This document shows, one piece after another, positions 1-9,791 of a DNA stretch of 64,000 nucleotides. This stretch comes from Vicinamibacterales bacterium (lineage in GTDB: Bacteria > Acidobacteriota > Vicinamibacteria > Vicinamibacterales > 2-12-FULL-66-21). Where the stretch lies: the NCBI GenBank assembly GCA_036556425.1, contig DATBJJ010000115.1:626-64625 (forward strand), written 5' to 3'. Every line of letters begins with the position of its first letter. Position 1 is the first letter of the stretch. The translations under genes and the position numbers were made by a program. Under the pieces are notes generated by a model, which saw only the letters and a program-made list of their open reading frames with translations, searched no databases and had not been told where the DNA came from.

Positions 1-26
1 GTGGGCGGCCCTTGTTGTTTGATCCG

Positions 27-63
27 ATCCGCGTGATCCGCGTCGATCCGCGGAATCCGCGTC
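27..63. repeat. Short tandem repeat, ~9-mer ATCCGCG(T/G)x x4 (nonamer family)
   Basis: atccgcgtg atccgcgtcg atccgcgga atccgcgtc read directly, just past the exbD stop. Confidence 0.8.
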
Positions 64-69
64 TATCGT

Positions 70-519
70 CTATTCGCCGCGGCGCATGCCTTCCGTGACG
101 ATGCCGACCTTCTCGACGCCTGCGCCCTTCGCGGCGTCGATCACTTGAATGATGTCGCCGTACTTCAGCGTCGGATCGCCGACGATGAACAGCTGCTTCT
201 CGCGCCGCGTCTCGAAGATGTCGCGGAGCTTTTCCTGCAGCGACGCCAACTGCACCGGCTGCTTGTTCACGGCAACCGAACGATCGGCGTTGTACTCGAC
301 GACGATCTGCTCGGTGTTCGTCTGCTGCGCCGGCTTGTTCACTTCGAGCGGCAGGTTCACGTCGACGCCCTTCTGATTGAGCGGAAGGACGGACATGAAG
401 ATGATCAGCAGCACGAGGAGCACGTCGATGAGCGGCGTGACGTTCATGTCCGAGCTGGCATGCGGGATCTCTCCACGCACGACCCGCTCGGCGCCGAAAT
501 GCTTGTGAGCGTGCGCCAT
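70..519 (-). CDS. exbD: Biopolymer transporter ExbD/TolR family protein
   Basis: MNVTPLIDVLLVLLIIFM transmembrane motif; C-terminal KYGDIIQVIDAAKGAGVEKVGIVT. Confidence 0.93.
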   Translation of the reverse strand: MAHAHKHFGAERVVRGEIPHASSDMNVTPLIDVLLVLLIIFMSVLPLNQKGVDVNLPLEVNKPAQQTNTEQIVVEYNADRSVAVNKQPVQLASLQEKLRDIFETRREKQLFIVGDPTLKYGDIIQVIDAAKGAGVEKVGIVTEGMRRGE

Positions 520-520
520 G

Positions 521-964
521 TTACTTGCCTCCCGCCGGCTGGTCCGCGGACTCGACCTTCGGGTCGGTGATGAGGCCGATGTCCTCGATCCCCGCCTTCC
601 GCAGGTCGTCCATCGCGGCCATGATCGCGCGATAGCTGGCGTCCGTGTCCCCCTTGATCAACACGATGCGCTCGGTCTTCTCCTCGAGCGCGAGCTTCAC
701 GCGATCGGCCATTTCCGCGCGGCTGACCGGTATCGCGTTCACGTAGAACTTGTCCTGCGCGTCGACCGAGAGCACCGTCTGCTGCTCGTTCTCCGGCTTG
801 GACTGCGTGTTGGTCGCGAGCGGCAGCTTCACCGGCACGCCCTGCTGCAACATCGGGGCGACCAGCATCATGATGATCAGCAGCACGAGCATCACGTCGA
901 CGAGCGGCGTGACGTTGATGTCCGACTTTGGACCGCCGCCAGAGCCGCCAATATCCATTGCCAT
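521..964 (-). CDS. exbD: Biopolymer transporter ExbD/TolR family protein (second paralog)
   Basis: DINVTPLVDVMLVLLIIMM motif; KGD..ASY..MDDLRKAGIEDIGLIT. Confidence 0.93.
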   Translation of the reverse strand: MAMDIGGSGGGPKSDINVTPLVDVMLVLLIIMMLVAPMLQQGVPVKLPLATNTQSKPENEQQTVLSVDAQDKFYVNAIPVSRAEMADRVKLALEEKTERIVLIKGDTDASYRAIMAAMDDLRKAGIEDIGLITDPKVESADQPAGGK

Positions 965-1022
965 GGGAAAAACTCCGTCCTAACCGTCGTTGATCGAAGT
1001 CCGCTATCGCTGCAGCCCGCGC

Positions 1023-1694
1023 CTACGCGGTCTGCTTGATGAAATAGTCCACGAGCTCCGACGAGGAGTTGTCCATTTCGACGTTGAAGTACTCGATGCG
1101 GCCGGTCAGGTAGTTGTAGAACCAGACCGCCGGGATGGCCACGACCAGGCCCAACGCCGTCTCGACGAGCGCTTCAGAGATGCCGGCCGAGACCGCGGCC
1201 AGACCGGCCGAGCCCTGCGACGAGATGCCCTGGAACGCCGTGATGATGCCGACGACCGTGCCGAGCAGTCCCACGAATGGCGCCGTCGATCCGATCGTGG
1301 CGAGCGCGGAGATGCCCTTCTTCAGATCGTTGGCCGTGAGCGCCGAGGCGCGCTGGATCGCGCGGCGCACCGTGTCGACCATGTCCTCGCGTCCGAGGTT
1401 GCTGCCGGTGTCTTTCTGGAACTGATACTCCTGCAGGCCGGCGAGGACGACCTTCGCCAGATGGCTGTAGCGGTAGCTCTTCGACGAGGAGATCGCGATG
1501 GCGTCCTTGAGGCGGCCTTCCTTGAGGTGCTTGGCCACCTGCGGCGCGTAGAGCTTCGACTGCTTGCGCGCCTGCGAGAACGTGTAGATGCGCTCGATGG
1601 CGACGCCGAACGAAATCATCGACATGATGACGAGGATCACGCCGATGCCCTGCGCGACCCAGCCCATATCTCCCCACATCTTGATCAGATCCAT
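1023..1694 (-). CDS. exbB: MotA/TolQ/ExbB proton channel protein
   Basis: LATIGSTAPFVGLLGTVVGI and GISEALVETALGLVVAIPA motifs; SD GGAGGA upstream. Confidence 0.93.
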   Translation of the reverse strand: MDLIKMWGDMGWVAQGIGVILVIMSMISFGVAIERIYTFSQARKQSKLYAPQVAKHLKEGRLKDAIAISSSKSYRYSHLAKVVLAGLQEYQFQKDTGSNLGREDMVDTVRRAIQRASALTANDLKKGISALATIGSTAPFVGLLGTVVGIITAFQGISSQGSAGLAAVSAGISEALVETALGLVVAIPAVWFYNYLTGRIEYFNVEMDNSSSELVDYFIKQTA

Positions 1695-1765
1695 GCGCCC
1701 ATCCTCCGGTGCTTCATCAGCACGTCACAAAAATGAAAACCGTCGACCCGTTCCCCAGACGAACT

Positions 1766-2485
1766 CTACTGCAGTGTGAAGTTGACCGTAACCGTCATGA
1801 TGACCGGAACGGGCACGTTGTTGAGCAGCGTCGGCGTGAAGACCCACTGCTTCACGGCGTCGAGCGCGGCCTGATCGAGCAGCGGCTGGCCGCGAAGCAC
1901 TTTCGCTTCCTTTACGCGGCCGTCCGCGCCGATCGTCGCCTCGATGATGACCACGCCCTGGACGCGCGCGGACTGCGCGATCGGCGGGTAAATCGGCTTG
2001 ACGTCGCGCGTCTTCGTGGGCGGCTTGATGTTGCCGCCGACGCGGACCGGCGCCGTGGGCGGCGGTGGTGGCGGAGGCGGCGCGTCCGGCAAGCCGCCGA
2101 CAACGCCGCCCATCACGCCACCGGGGACGCCGCCTTCGACGCCGCCGGGGACGCCCGTGACGCCCGCCGTCGTGGGCGGCGCTTCGGGAACGATCTCTTT
2201 GGGAGCCTCGATGGGAGCAGCGTTGGGATTGACGACTTCGACTGGCTTCGGCGCCGCGGCCGGTGCCGGCGGCGGCGGTGGCGGCGGTGGTGGCGGCGGC
2301 GGCGCACCGACGAACGCCATCATCGTCGGAGGCGTCGGCAGCACGTCGGCGGCCATCAAGGGAATGATGACGACCGCGCCAAAAAGGACGACGTGGGCTG
2401 CGATCGAGAGCGGTACGGTGTACCACTTCTGAGAACCCACTCTGATCGTCGGGTTCGTAACGTCGCCGAACATGTCACGCGGCAC
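1766..2485 (-). CDS. tonB: Energy transducer TonB
   Basis: N-terminal TM with SxxxH, Pro-rich linker, TonB C-domain (YPPIAQSARVQGVV...LDQAALDAVKQWVFTP). Confidence 0.92.
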   Translation of the reverse strand: MPRDMFGDVTNPTIRVGSQKWYTVPLSIAAHVVLFGAVVIIPLMAADVLPTPPTMMAFVGAPPPPPPPPPPPPAPAAAPKPVEVVNPNAAPIEAPKEIVPEAPPTTAGVTGVPGGVEGGVPGGVMGGVVGGLPDAPPPPPPPPTAPVRVGGNIKPPTKTRDVKPIYPPIAQSARVQGVVIIEATIGADGRVKEAKVLRGQPLLDQAALDAVKQWVFTPTLLNNVPVPVIMTVTVNFTLQ

Positions 2486-2527
2486 GGCTCAGCCCTCCTG
2501 GCCAGGCACCAGCGGTGCGAGGCGCGA

Positions 2528-2557
2528 ATTATAGTCAGACCCAAAAAGCAGTGTCAA
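2528..2557 (-). promoter_or_regulatory. Sigma70-type promoter of the tonB-exbB-exbD-exbD operon
   Basis: Minus strand TTGACA (2557-2552), 18 nt spacer, TATAAT (2533-2528): both hexamers are exact consensus. Confidence 0.8.
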
Positions 2558-2628
2558 CGAAGCACTCCCGGCTAGTTAGACACCGCAAAATCGAGTTCGG
2601 TCCGCCCGAACGCGATGACCGAGGGGCC

Positions 2629-5130
2629 TCACGCGCGGCTCGTCCCAATGCGCATGCCATAGAACGATCGCCACACGAACACCGCAGATCCAAGCAGAAA
2701 TGCTGCCGCCAAAATGTGGCTCAGCGTGGACCCGTATTGCGCCGCGAGCTGGACGCCCAGCTCGACGGCCAAAAGGCCGAAGAGCGTCGTGAACTTGATT
2801 ACCGGATTGAGCGCCACCGACGAGGTGTCCTTGAATGGATCGCCCACGGTGTCGCCGACCACCGTCGCGGCGTGAAGCGGGCTGCCCTTTTCCTTCAGCT
2901 CGACCTCGACAATCTTCTTCGCGTTGTCCCAGGCGCCCCCGGCATTCGCCATGAAGATCGCCTGGAAGAGCCCGAACAGCGCGATCGACACGAGATAGCC
3001 GATGAAGAAGTACGGCTCGATGAACGCAAACCCGAGCGTGCCGAAGAACACGGCCAGGAAGATGTTGAACATGCCGCGCTGCGCGTACTGGGTGCAGATC
3101 TCGACGACTTTCTTGCTGTCTGCCACCGATGCCGGACCGGCACGGTCGAGGCGAATGTTCGCCTTGATGAACTCGACCGCACGATACGCGCCCGTCGTCA
3201 CCGCCTGGGTGGAGGCGCCGGTGAACCAGTAGATCATGCAGCCGCCCGTGATGAGCCCGAGCAGGAACGGCGGATGGAGGATCGAGAGAAACTGGAGCAG
3301 CTCCGGCCTGAGCCGTTCGGTCAGCACCACGACGATCGAGAAGATCATCGTCGTGGCGCCGACGACCGCCGTGCCGATGAGCACCGGCTTCGCGGTTGCC
3401 TTGAACGTGTTGCCCGCGCCGTCGTTTTCCTCGAGCAGGTGCTTCGCGCGCTCGAAGTTCACGTCGAAGCCGAAGTTCTTCTTGAGCTCCTGCTTGATGT
3501 TCGGGATCGATTCGATCGTCGAGAGCTCGAACACCGACTGCGCGTTGTCGGTCACGGGCCCGTAGGAATCCACCGCGATCGTCACGGGGCCCATGCCGAG
3601 GAAGCCGAACGCGACGAGGCCGAACGCGAACACCGCGGGGGCAATCATCAGGTTGCTCTGCTGAAGCCCCTGCGTGCTGACGCCGTACGCGATCGCCATC
3701 AGCGACACGATGCTGATCCCGAGCCAGTACGCGCTGAAATTGCCCGCGACGAATCCGGACAGGATGTTGAGCGACGCTCCGCCTTCCCTCGAAGACGTCA
3801 CCACTTCCCTCACGTGGCTCGACTCGGTCGACGTGAAGATCTTCACGAGCTCGGGAATGATCGCGCCCGCGAGCGTGCCGCAGGTGATGACGGTCGACAA
3901 CTGCCACCACAAATCGGGATTGCCGCCGAGATCCGGGATCAGCCACGAGGAGGCCGTGTAGGTCAGGATCACCGAGACGATCGAGGTGAGCCACACGAGA
4001 CGCGTGAGCGGCGTCTCGAAGTTCATCACGTCGGCGTTCGCGAAGCTCGCGCGCGCCCACGCGTCGTTGATCAAGTACGACGCGCCGCTGGCGACGATCA
4101 TCACGACGCGCATCGTGAAGATCCACACGAGGAGCTGCACCTGCACCGTGGGATTCGCGACGGCCACGATGATGAACGAGATCAGCGCGACGCCGGTGAC
4201 GCCGTAGGTCTCGAAGCCGTCCGCGCTCGGCCCGACCGAATCGCCCGCGTTGTCCCCCGTGCAGTCCGCGATGACGCCCGGGTTCCGCACGTCGTCTTCC
4301 TTGATGTTGAAGACGATCTTCATCAGATCGGAGCCGATGTCGGCGATCTTCGTGAAGATGCCGCCGGCGATTCGGAGCGCCGCGGCGCCGAGCGACTCGC
4401 CGATCGCGAACCCGATGAAGCACGGGCCGGCGTAGTCGCCGGGAATGAACAGCAGGATGCACAGCATCAGCAGGAGCTCGACGCTGATGAGGAGCATTCC
4501 GATGCTCATGCCCGCCCGCAGTGGAATCGCGTAGATCGGGAACGGCTTGCCTTTCAGGCCGGCGAACGCGGCGCGCGAGTTCGCGAAGGTGTTCACGCGG
4601 ATGCCGAACCACGCGACGCCGTAGCTGCCGCCGATGCCGATCAAGCTGAAGAGCAGGATGATCAGGACCTTCAGCGCGTCCATGTGCTGGAACACGCCGA
4701 AGTAGAAGATCATGATCACGCCGATGAAGATTTCGAGGATGAGGATGAACTTGCCTTGCGTGATCAGGTACGTCTTGCACGTCTCGTAGATCAGCTCCGA
4801 GATGTCTCGCATGGACTTGTGTACCGGCAGGTTCTTCAACTGGGTGAAGATGACCATGCCGAACGCGAGGCCGAAGACGCAGACCACGAGGCCGCCCATC
4901 AAGAGCGTGCGACTGTTGATCCCGTGAAAATCGACAACCGAGAGATCGGGGAGCACGAGGTTCGCTTCCCCACCCGCATGCCGCGGCGCCGTCTGCCCGG
5001 CGGCCTGGGTGCTCTCGGACGGCGGCGCCGCCTGCGCCGCCACGCGCGATCCCGCGGCGAGTAGCCCGAGCATCAGCACGCACACCAGCGCAACCGACCT
5101 CGCGGGTCGTGACCACAACGTATCGAACAT
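2629..5130 (-). CDS. hppA: Membrane-bound ion-translocating pyrophosphatase, K+-independent signature, long (833 aa)
   Basis: GGIFTKIADIGSDL, DCTGDNAGD, GGAWDNAKK, GDTVGDPFKDTS motifs; GNTFKA has Lys at the K+-dependence position. Confidence 0.95.
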   Translation of the reverse strand: MFDTLWSRPARSVALVCVLMLGLLAAGSRVAAQAAPPSESTQAAGQTAPRHAGGEANLVLPDLSVVDFHGINSRTLLMGGLVVCVFGLAFGMVIFTQLKNLPVHKSMRDISELIYETCKTYLITQGKFILILEIFIGVIMIFYFGVFQHMDALKVLIILLFSLIGIGGSYGVAWFGIRVNTFANSRAAFAGLKGKPFPIYAIPLRAGMSIGMLLISVELLLMLCILLFIPGDYAGPCFIGFAIGESLGAAALRIAGGIFTKIADIGSDLMKIVFNIKEDDVRNPGVIADCTGDNAGDSVGPSADGFETYGVTGVALISFIIVAVANPTVQVQLLVWIFTMRVVMIVASGASYLINDAWARASFANADVMNFETPLTRLVWLTSIVSVILTYTASSWLIPDLGGNPDLWWQLSTVITCGTLAGAIIPELVKIFTSTESSHVREVVTSSREGGASLNILSGFVAGNFSAYWLGISIVSLMAIAYGVSTQGLQQSNLMIAPAVFAFGLVAFGFLGMGPVTIAVDSYGPVTDNAQSVFELSTIESIPNIKQELKKNFGFDVNFERAKHLLEENDGAGNTFKATAKPVLIGTAVVGATTMIFSIVVVLTERLRPELLQFLSILHPPFLLGLITGGCMIYWFTGASTQAVTTGAYRAVEFIKANIRLDRAGPASVADSKKVVEICTQYAQRGMFNIFLAVFFGTLGFAFIEPYFFIGYLVSIALFGLFQAIFMANAGGAWDNAKKIVEVELKEKGSPLHAATVVGDTVGDPFKDTSSVALNPVIKFTTLFGLLAVELGVQLAAQYGSTLSHILAAAFLLGSAVFVWRSFYGMRIGTSRA

Positions 5131-5146
5131 CTCTCTCCTCTCTTAA

Positions 5147-5270
5147 CCGGGGGACTTCGTCCCCCGGACCCCCATTACGCCGTCGCTCGCGGGGCCCCTC
5201 GGCCCCGCTCCGCTCCAGCGGCTCGCTTCGCTCGCTCGCGTACTCTCGATGGACGAGCGTAGCCCCGCCC
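5147..5270. repeat. GC-rich multi-hairpin element in the hppA 5' leader
   Basis: Perfect stem CCGGGGGAC-ttc-GTCCCCCGG (5147-5167), plus GCGGGGCC..GGCCCCGC and tcgc repeats. Confidence 0.5.
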
Positions 5271-5348
5271 AAAAAGCACGCATCGTACCACAGACCACCA
5301 CGACAAAATTAGCGAGATCCGCCCTGTTGTCTTGCTGGCGGCAGACTT

Positions 5349-5422
5349 ATGACGCGGATGACGCGGATCACGCGGATGACCCGGATCCGCGAGATCCGCG
5401 TGTATCCGTGACATCCGCGTCT
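5349..5422. repeat. Inverted array of nonamer repeats (ACGCGGAT x4 / ATCCGCG x4) overlapping the DUF502 3' end
   Basis: gacgcggatgacgcggatcacgcggatgacccggat then ccgcgagatccgcgtgtatccgtgacatccgcgtc. Confidence 0.8.
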
Positions 5423-6012
5423 CTCCGTGTCCGCATGCGCCCAGGCAGCGCCATGCCCCCGGTCAAGAAGATCCGGATGCCCTGCTCGACGGTGATCTCT
5501 GGAAACACCACCCTGTCCGGCGAACAGATGATCACGTCCCCGAGATACAGATGATTCGTCGGCACGTAAACGGCGAACAGCGTCTCCTGCCCGCGCCCGC
5601 GATCGACCGTGAACTCCTTCGTCAGGAATCCGAGGACGCTGCCGCGCCCGGCGTCCTCGACGAGCGCCACGCGTTTGAAGCCGTACTCGTTGTCGGGCGA
5701 GAACGCGACGACGAGCTGCTTCACCGGCGCGTAGATCGTGCGGAACACCGGCACGCGCGTCAGGTAGCTCTCGGCGCGCTGGAGGATGCGCTTGCCGATG
5801 ACGTTGGTGGCAATGGTCCCGACGAGGAGCACCACGAGCGCGGTCGTCAGAAGACCGAGGCCGGCAATCGGCCGGCCGATCCATGAATCGAACAGCGGGC
5901 GCACCAACCCGTCGATGAACCGGAAAATCCACACCAGCGCCGCGACGCTGATCACCAGCGGCACGGTCACGAAGAAGCCGGCGATGAAATTCCGGCGAAT
6001 CCAGTTCAACAT
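5368..6012 (-). CDS. DUF502 domain membrane protein
   Basis: RRNFIAGFFVTVPL, RVPVFRTIYAPVKQL, VYVPTNHLYLG pattern typical of DUF502. Confidence 0.8.
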   Translation of the reverse strand: MLNWIRRNFIAGFFVTVPLVISVAALVWIFRFIDGLVRPLFDSWIGRPIAGLGLLTTALVVLLVGTIATNVIGKRILQRAESYLTRVPVFRTIYAPVKQLVVAFSPDNEYGFKRVALVEDAGRGSVLGFLTKEFTVDRGRGQETLFAVYVPTNHLYLGDVIICSPDRVVFPEITVEQGIRIFLTGGMALPGRMRTRRDADVTDTRGSRGSGSSA

Positions 6013-6015
6013 CTG

Positions 6016-6828
6016 TCAGCGTGAGACGAGCCACGCGAACGTGATCGCGGACAGAACCCAACGATAGTATGCGAAGACGTCGAGCCGGTGACCGGCGAGG
6101 AATCGCAGGAAGTACTTGATCGTCAAGTAGCCGACGATCGCGGAGACGAGCAGGCCGATCGCCATCATCTCCATGCTGAACGCGGAGAGCTGCATCCCGC
6201 TCACCTCGACGGCTTCCTTCGAGGCCGCCGCGACCGTGGCCGGAATCGCCAGCAGAAACGTGAAGCGCGCCGCGGCGTCGCGCCGCAGGCCCAAGAACAT
6301 CCCGAGCGCAATCGTCGCGCCCGATCGCGACACGCCGGGAATCAGCGCGCTCGCCTGCGCGCAGCCGATCGCGATTGCCTCGAGCCAGCCGACGCTGTCT
6401 TCGGCGCGGCTCCGATTCCCCACGCGCTCGGCCGCGAACATGACCGCCGCGCCGATCGCGAGCGCCCATGCCGCTACCGCCGGCGTTCGAAGCGTGTTTT
6501 CGATGTAGTCGTTGAACAACAGCGCGACGACGACGACCGGGACCGTGCCGGCCACGATCCGCTGCGTGAGCCGCGCGGTGGGATCCGGACGGAGGCTCGC
6601 GGCCGCGGGCAGCGTCCGCATCATCCCGGCGATCTCGCGATGGAAGTACGCGACGATCGCGGCCAGCGTGCCGACGTGCAGCGCCACGTCGAACGCGAGG
6701 CCGAAGTCAGCCGGCACGTCCCAGCCGAAGAACGCGCGCGCGAGGATCAGGTGCGCGGAGCTCGAGACCGGCAGGAACTCGGTCAGCCCTTGCAGGATTC
6801 CAAGAATGACGGCAGCGGCAACGCTCAC
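6016..6828 (-). CDS. uppP: Undecaprenyl-diphosphate phosphatase
   Basis: GILQGLTEFLPVSSSAHL and ALIPGVSRSGATI motifs (BacA family). Confidence 0.95.
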   Translation of the reverse strand: MSVAAAVILGILQGLTEFLPVSSSAHLILARAFFGWDVPADFGLAFDVALHVGTLAAIVAYFHREIAGMMRTLPAAASLRPDPTARLTQRIVAGTVPVVVVALLFNDYIENTLRTPAVAAWALAIGAAVMFAAERVGNRSRAEDSVGWLEAIAIGCAQASALIPGVSRSGATIALGMFLGLRRDAAARFTFLLAIPATVAAASKEAVEVSGMQLSAFSMEMMAIGLLVSAIVGYLTIKYFLRFLAGHRLDVFAYYRWVLSAITFAWLVSR

Positions 6829-6834
6829 GCGGGC

Positions 6835-7815
6835 TCAGGACGCCCGGCGACGGCCAGGCTTGCGGTCCTCCGGTTTGGCGGCGACCACCTGACCTTTGAT
6901 CGGCTTGCGCCCCTGCCACATGATCGCGATCGCGGCGGCGATGAACACCGTCGAGTACGTGCCGCTGATGATGCCGACGAGCATCGTGAACGCGAACCCT
7001 TCGAGCACCTCGCCGCCGAACAAGTACAGCGCGATGACGCTCAAGAGCGTCGCGCCGGCCGTAATCACCGTGCGGCCGAGCGTCTGGTTCACGGCGACGT
7101 TGACGATGTGCGCGAGGTTGTCGCGCCGCATCATGCGCATGTTCTCGCGCACGCGGTCGAAGATGACGATCGTGTCGTTGACCGAATAGCCCGTGATCGT
7201 CAGGAGCCCCGCGATCACGTTCAACGTCATGTCGTAGTGGAAGAACGCGAGGAACGCGAGCGTGACGAAGAGATCGTGCAGCGTCGCGGCGACGGCGCCG
7301 ACCGCGAAGCTGATCTGGAATCGCAGCGCGATGTAGACGAGGATTCCCGTCAGCGCGAACACCGTCGCGAGCAGCCCCTGCTTCTTCAACTGCTCGCCGA
7401 CGACCGGCCCGACGATCTCGGTGCTGATGTCCCGATCGCTGAAGCTGCTCAAGTTGGCTTTCTTGAGCACCGCGACCACGGCGTCCGCGGTCTCGCTCAG
7501 GTTGCCGGATTTCTCCTCGCCCGTTTTGGCCACGCGGATCATGACCTGGTTCTGCGAGGCGTCGCCGTACTCCTGCACGACGGCGTCGTTCCCGACGCCG
7601 CCCGGCATCGCCGCGACCGCCGTGCGCACCCGCTCGACCGGCACGTGCTGATCGAACTTGACGATGACGATCGTGCCGCCGGCGAAGTCGACGCCGAGCG
7701 GCAGGCCGCCGCGCCACATCGTGATCGTCCCGGCGGCAATCACCACCAGCGAGAGGGCGATCGCATGCCACCGCCACTTGACGAAATCGTAGTTCGGGTT
7801 GTCGAAAATCTTCAT
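6835..7815 (-). CDS. secF: Protein translocase subunit SecF
   Basis: GVDFAGG, GYSVNDTIVIFDRVREN, GTYST motifs. Confidence 0.96.
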   Translation of the reverse strand: MKIFDNPNYDFVKWRWHAIALSLVVIAAGTITMWRGGLPLGVDFAGGTIVIVKFDQHVPVERVRTAVAAMPGGVGNDAVVQEYGDASQNQVMIRVAKTGEEKSGNLSETADAVVAVLKKANLSSFSDRDISTEIVGPVVGEQLKKQGLLATVFALTGILVYIALRFQISFAVGAVAATLHDLFVTLAFLAFFHYDMTLNVIAGLLTITGYSVNDTIVIFDRVRENMRMMRRDNLAHIVNVAVNQTLGRTVITAGATLLSVIALYLFGGEVLEGFAFTMLVGIISGTYSTVFIAAAIAIMWQGRKPIKGQVVAAKPEDRKPGRRRAS

Positions 7816-7825
7816 GATGGTCGTC

Positions 7826-9430
7826 TCAGATGCTGAGCGCCGGGGCGTTCACCGGCCGGCGCGAGAGCCCGAGCTCGAAGAGCGTCCTCGAAACAAAGAT
7901 GGATGTGAACAGATTCGTCAGCAAGCCGATCACGAGCGTCGTGGCGAATCCGCGAATCGGACCGGTGCCGAACTGGAACAGGAACGCCGCCGCGATGAGC
8001 GACGTCACGTGCGTGTCGAGGAGCGTGAGGAACACGCGCTCGAAGCTCGCGGAGACCGCCGCACGCGCGGTCTTGCCGGCGCGGAGCTCTTCCTTGATGC
8101 GCTCGAAGATCAGGACGTTCGAGTCGACCCCCATGCCCATCGTGAGGATGAAGCCCGCGATGCCCGGCAGCGTCATCGTCGCGCCGGCATACGCCATGAA
8201 ACCGAGCAGGATGATGAGGTTCGCGATCATCGCGACGATTGCGTTGATGCCCGAAAGCTTGTAATACGAGAGCATGAAGAGAATCACGAGGATCAAGCCC
8301 GCGAGCGATGCCGTCACGCCGGATCGAATCGAATCCTTCCCCAGCGTCGGCCCGACGACGCGCTCCTCGAGATAGCTCATCGATGCGGGAAGGGCGCCCG
8401 ATCGCAGCTTCAGCGCGAGGTCGGCCGCTTCCTGCTGGTTGAAGCCGCCCGCGATCTGGCCGTTGTCGGTGATGCGTCCGTTGATCCTCGGGTACGACTG
8501 GATCCGGTTGTCGAGGACGATGGCGAGCGATCGCCCGATGTTGGCGCCGGTCAACTGGCCGAATTTGCGCGCGCCATCCGGCTTCAGCGAGAACATGACG
8601 GCCGGCCGGCTGTTCTCGTCGAGCCCGACGCTCGCGCTGCGGAGATCGTTGCCGGTCACGGCGGCGACCTTTCGCACGAGGAAGAAGCTCGTGCCCGCGG
8701 TGCCCTCCGCCGCGCCCGTGACAACTTCCATGTCGCCCGGCACGAGGCCGTTGTACTGCTGCAGCAGCACCTCGCGCGTGGGCGCCGGCCCCGCCTCGAC
8801 GAGCTTCAGCTCGAGGATCGCCGTCTCGCGGATGATGTCCTTCGCGCGCGCGATCTCGGTGACGCCCGGCAGCTGCACGAGGATCTGATCGTCGTTGGCG
8901 CCGTGGCGCGCGATGTTCGGTTCGGCCACGCCGAGCTCGTTGACGCGCCGATCGATCGTATCGATCGCCTGCACCATCGTCTGCTCGTACATGTCCTTGA
9001 TGATGTTCGGCTTCATCGTGAAGCGGTGCGTGCCGCCGCCGACCGCGTCGCGCTGATAGTTCGTGGAGGTGTGCTCGTCGGCGATCCGCCGGAACTCGGC
9101 ATCCTTGTCGGACGGAACGCCCTCGATCTGGAAGACCGTCGGCGACGTGAGGTTGACCGCCGTGACGGTGACGCCGGCGGTCCGGAGCGCTTCCCGGAGC
9201 TGCTCGCTCACGGCTTCGGTCGAGATGCGCAGCGCCTCGTCGCGGTCGACGCGCAGCACGAGATGCACGCCGCCTTTGAGGTCGAGGCCGAGCTTCAGCT
9301 GCTTCGCCATCAGCCACTGCGGCGCCGGCAGGCTGTAGCGCTGGGCGAGGATTGGGTAGACGCCGACGGCCGAGAAGAGCGCGAAGACCGCCAGAATCGT
9401 GATGACCTTCCAGCGAAGATTCTTGTTCAT
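7826..9430 (-). CDS. secD: Protein translocase subunit SecD
   Basis: KLGLDLKGG, RVNELGVAEP, LRSGALPA, GMGVDSNVLIFERIKEE motifs. Confidence 0.96.
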   Translation of the reverse strand: MNKNLRWKVITILAVFALFSAVGVYPILAQRYSLPAPQWLMAKQLKLGLDLKGGVHLVLRVDRDEALRISTEAVSEQLREALRTAGVTVTAVNLTSPTVFQIEGVPSDKDAEFRRIADEHTSTNYQRDAVGGGTHRFTMKPNIIKDMYEQTMVQAIDTIDRRVNELGVAEPNIARHGANDDQILVQLPGVTEIARAKDIIRETAILELKLVEAGPAPTREVLLQQYNGLVPGDMEVVTGAAEGTAGTSFFLVRKVAAVTGNDLRSASVGLDENSRPAVMFSLKPDGARKFGQLTGANIGRSLAIVLDNRIQSYPRINGRITDNGQIAGGFNQQEAADLALKLRSGALPASMSYLEERVVGPTLGKDSIRSGVTASLAGLILVILFMLSYYKLSGINAIVAMIANLIILLGFMAYAGATMTLPGIAGFILTMGMGVDSNVLIFERIKEELRAGKTARAAVSASFERVFLTLLDTHVTSLIAAAFLFQFGTGPIRGFATTLVIGLLTNLFTSIFVSRTLFELGLSRRPVNAPALSI

Positions 9431-9434
9431 ATGC

Positions 9435-9791
9435 TTAAGACGCGCCCTGATCGCTCACAACGGGCTCCTGCCCCTGGTAGCCGGCGATCGCGGCCCGCGC
9501 GATCTCGATGCGGACTTTGTCCGCGATCTGGAGCTGGACCGAATTGTCGTTCACGCGAGTGATGAGACCATAGATTCCGCCGGTCGTCACCACCTTGTCG
9601 CCCACCTTCAGCGACGTCTGAAAATCCTGGACCTTCCTGCGCTGCTTCTTCATGGGCATCAGGATCATGAAGTACAGGATGGCCAGCACCATCGCGAAGG
9701 GGACGAAATTCATCCACAGGGGCTGCTGGCCGGGGCTGCCCATCGCGAACACCGAGACTTTGACGGGGACCTTACCTAATTCGTCGAGCAT
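9435..9791 (-). CDS. yajC: Preprotein translocase subunit YajC (true start may be a few codons downstream)
   Basis: YFMILMPMKKQ, LKVGDKVVTTGGIYG; position between tgt and secD. Confidence 0.9.
   Translation of the reverse strand: MLDELGKVPVKVSVFAMGSPGQQPLWMNFVPFAMVLAILYFMILMPMKKQRRKVQDFQTSLKVGDKVVTTGGIYGLITRVNDNSVQLQIADKVRIEIARAAIAGYQGQEPVVSDQGAS

Noticed and set aside
2040..2310. GGC/CCG-rich repeats in tonB
   Set aside because: They simply encode the poly-proline linker and GVxGG repeats normal for TonB.
2515..5064. 849-aa plus-strand ORF and many other long antisense or alternate-frame ORFs (e.g. 21602-24106, 32816-35419, 57686-61060)
   Set aside because: They are shadow ORFs of real genes in high-GC DNA, with Arg/Ala-rich low-information translations and no motifs.
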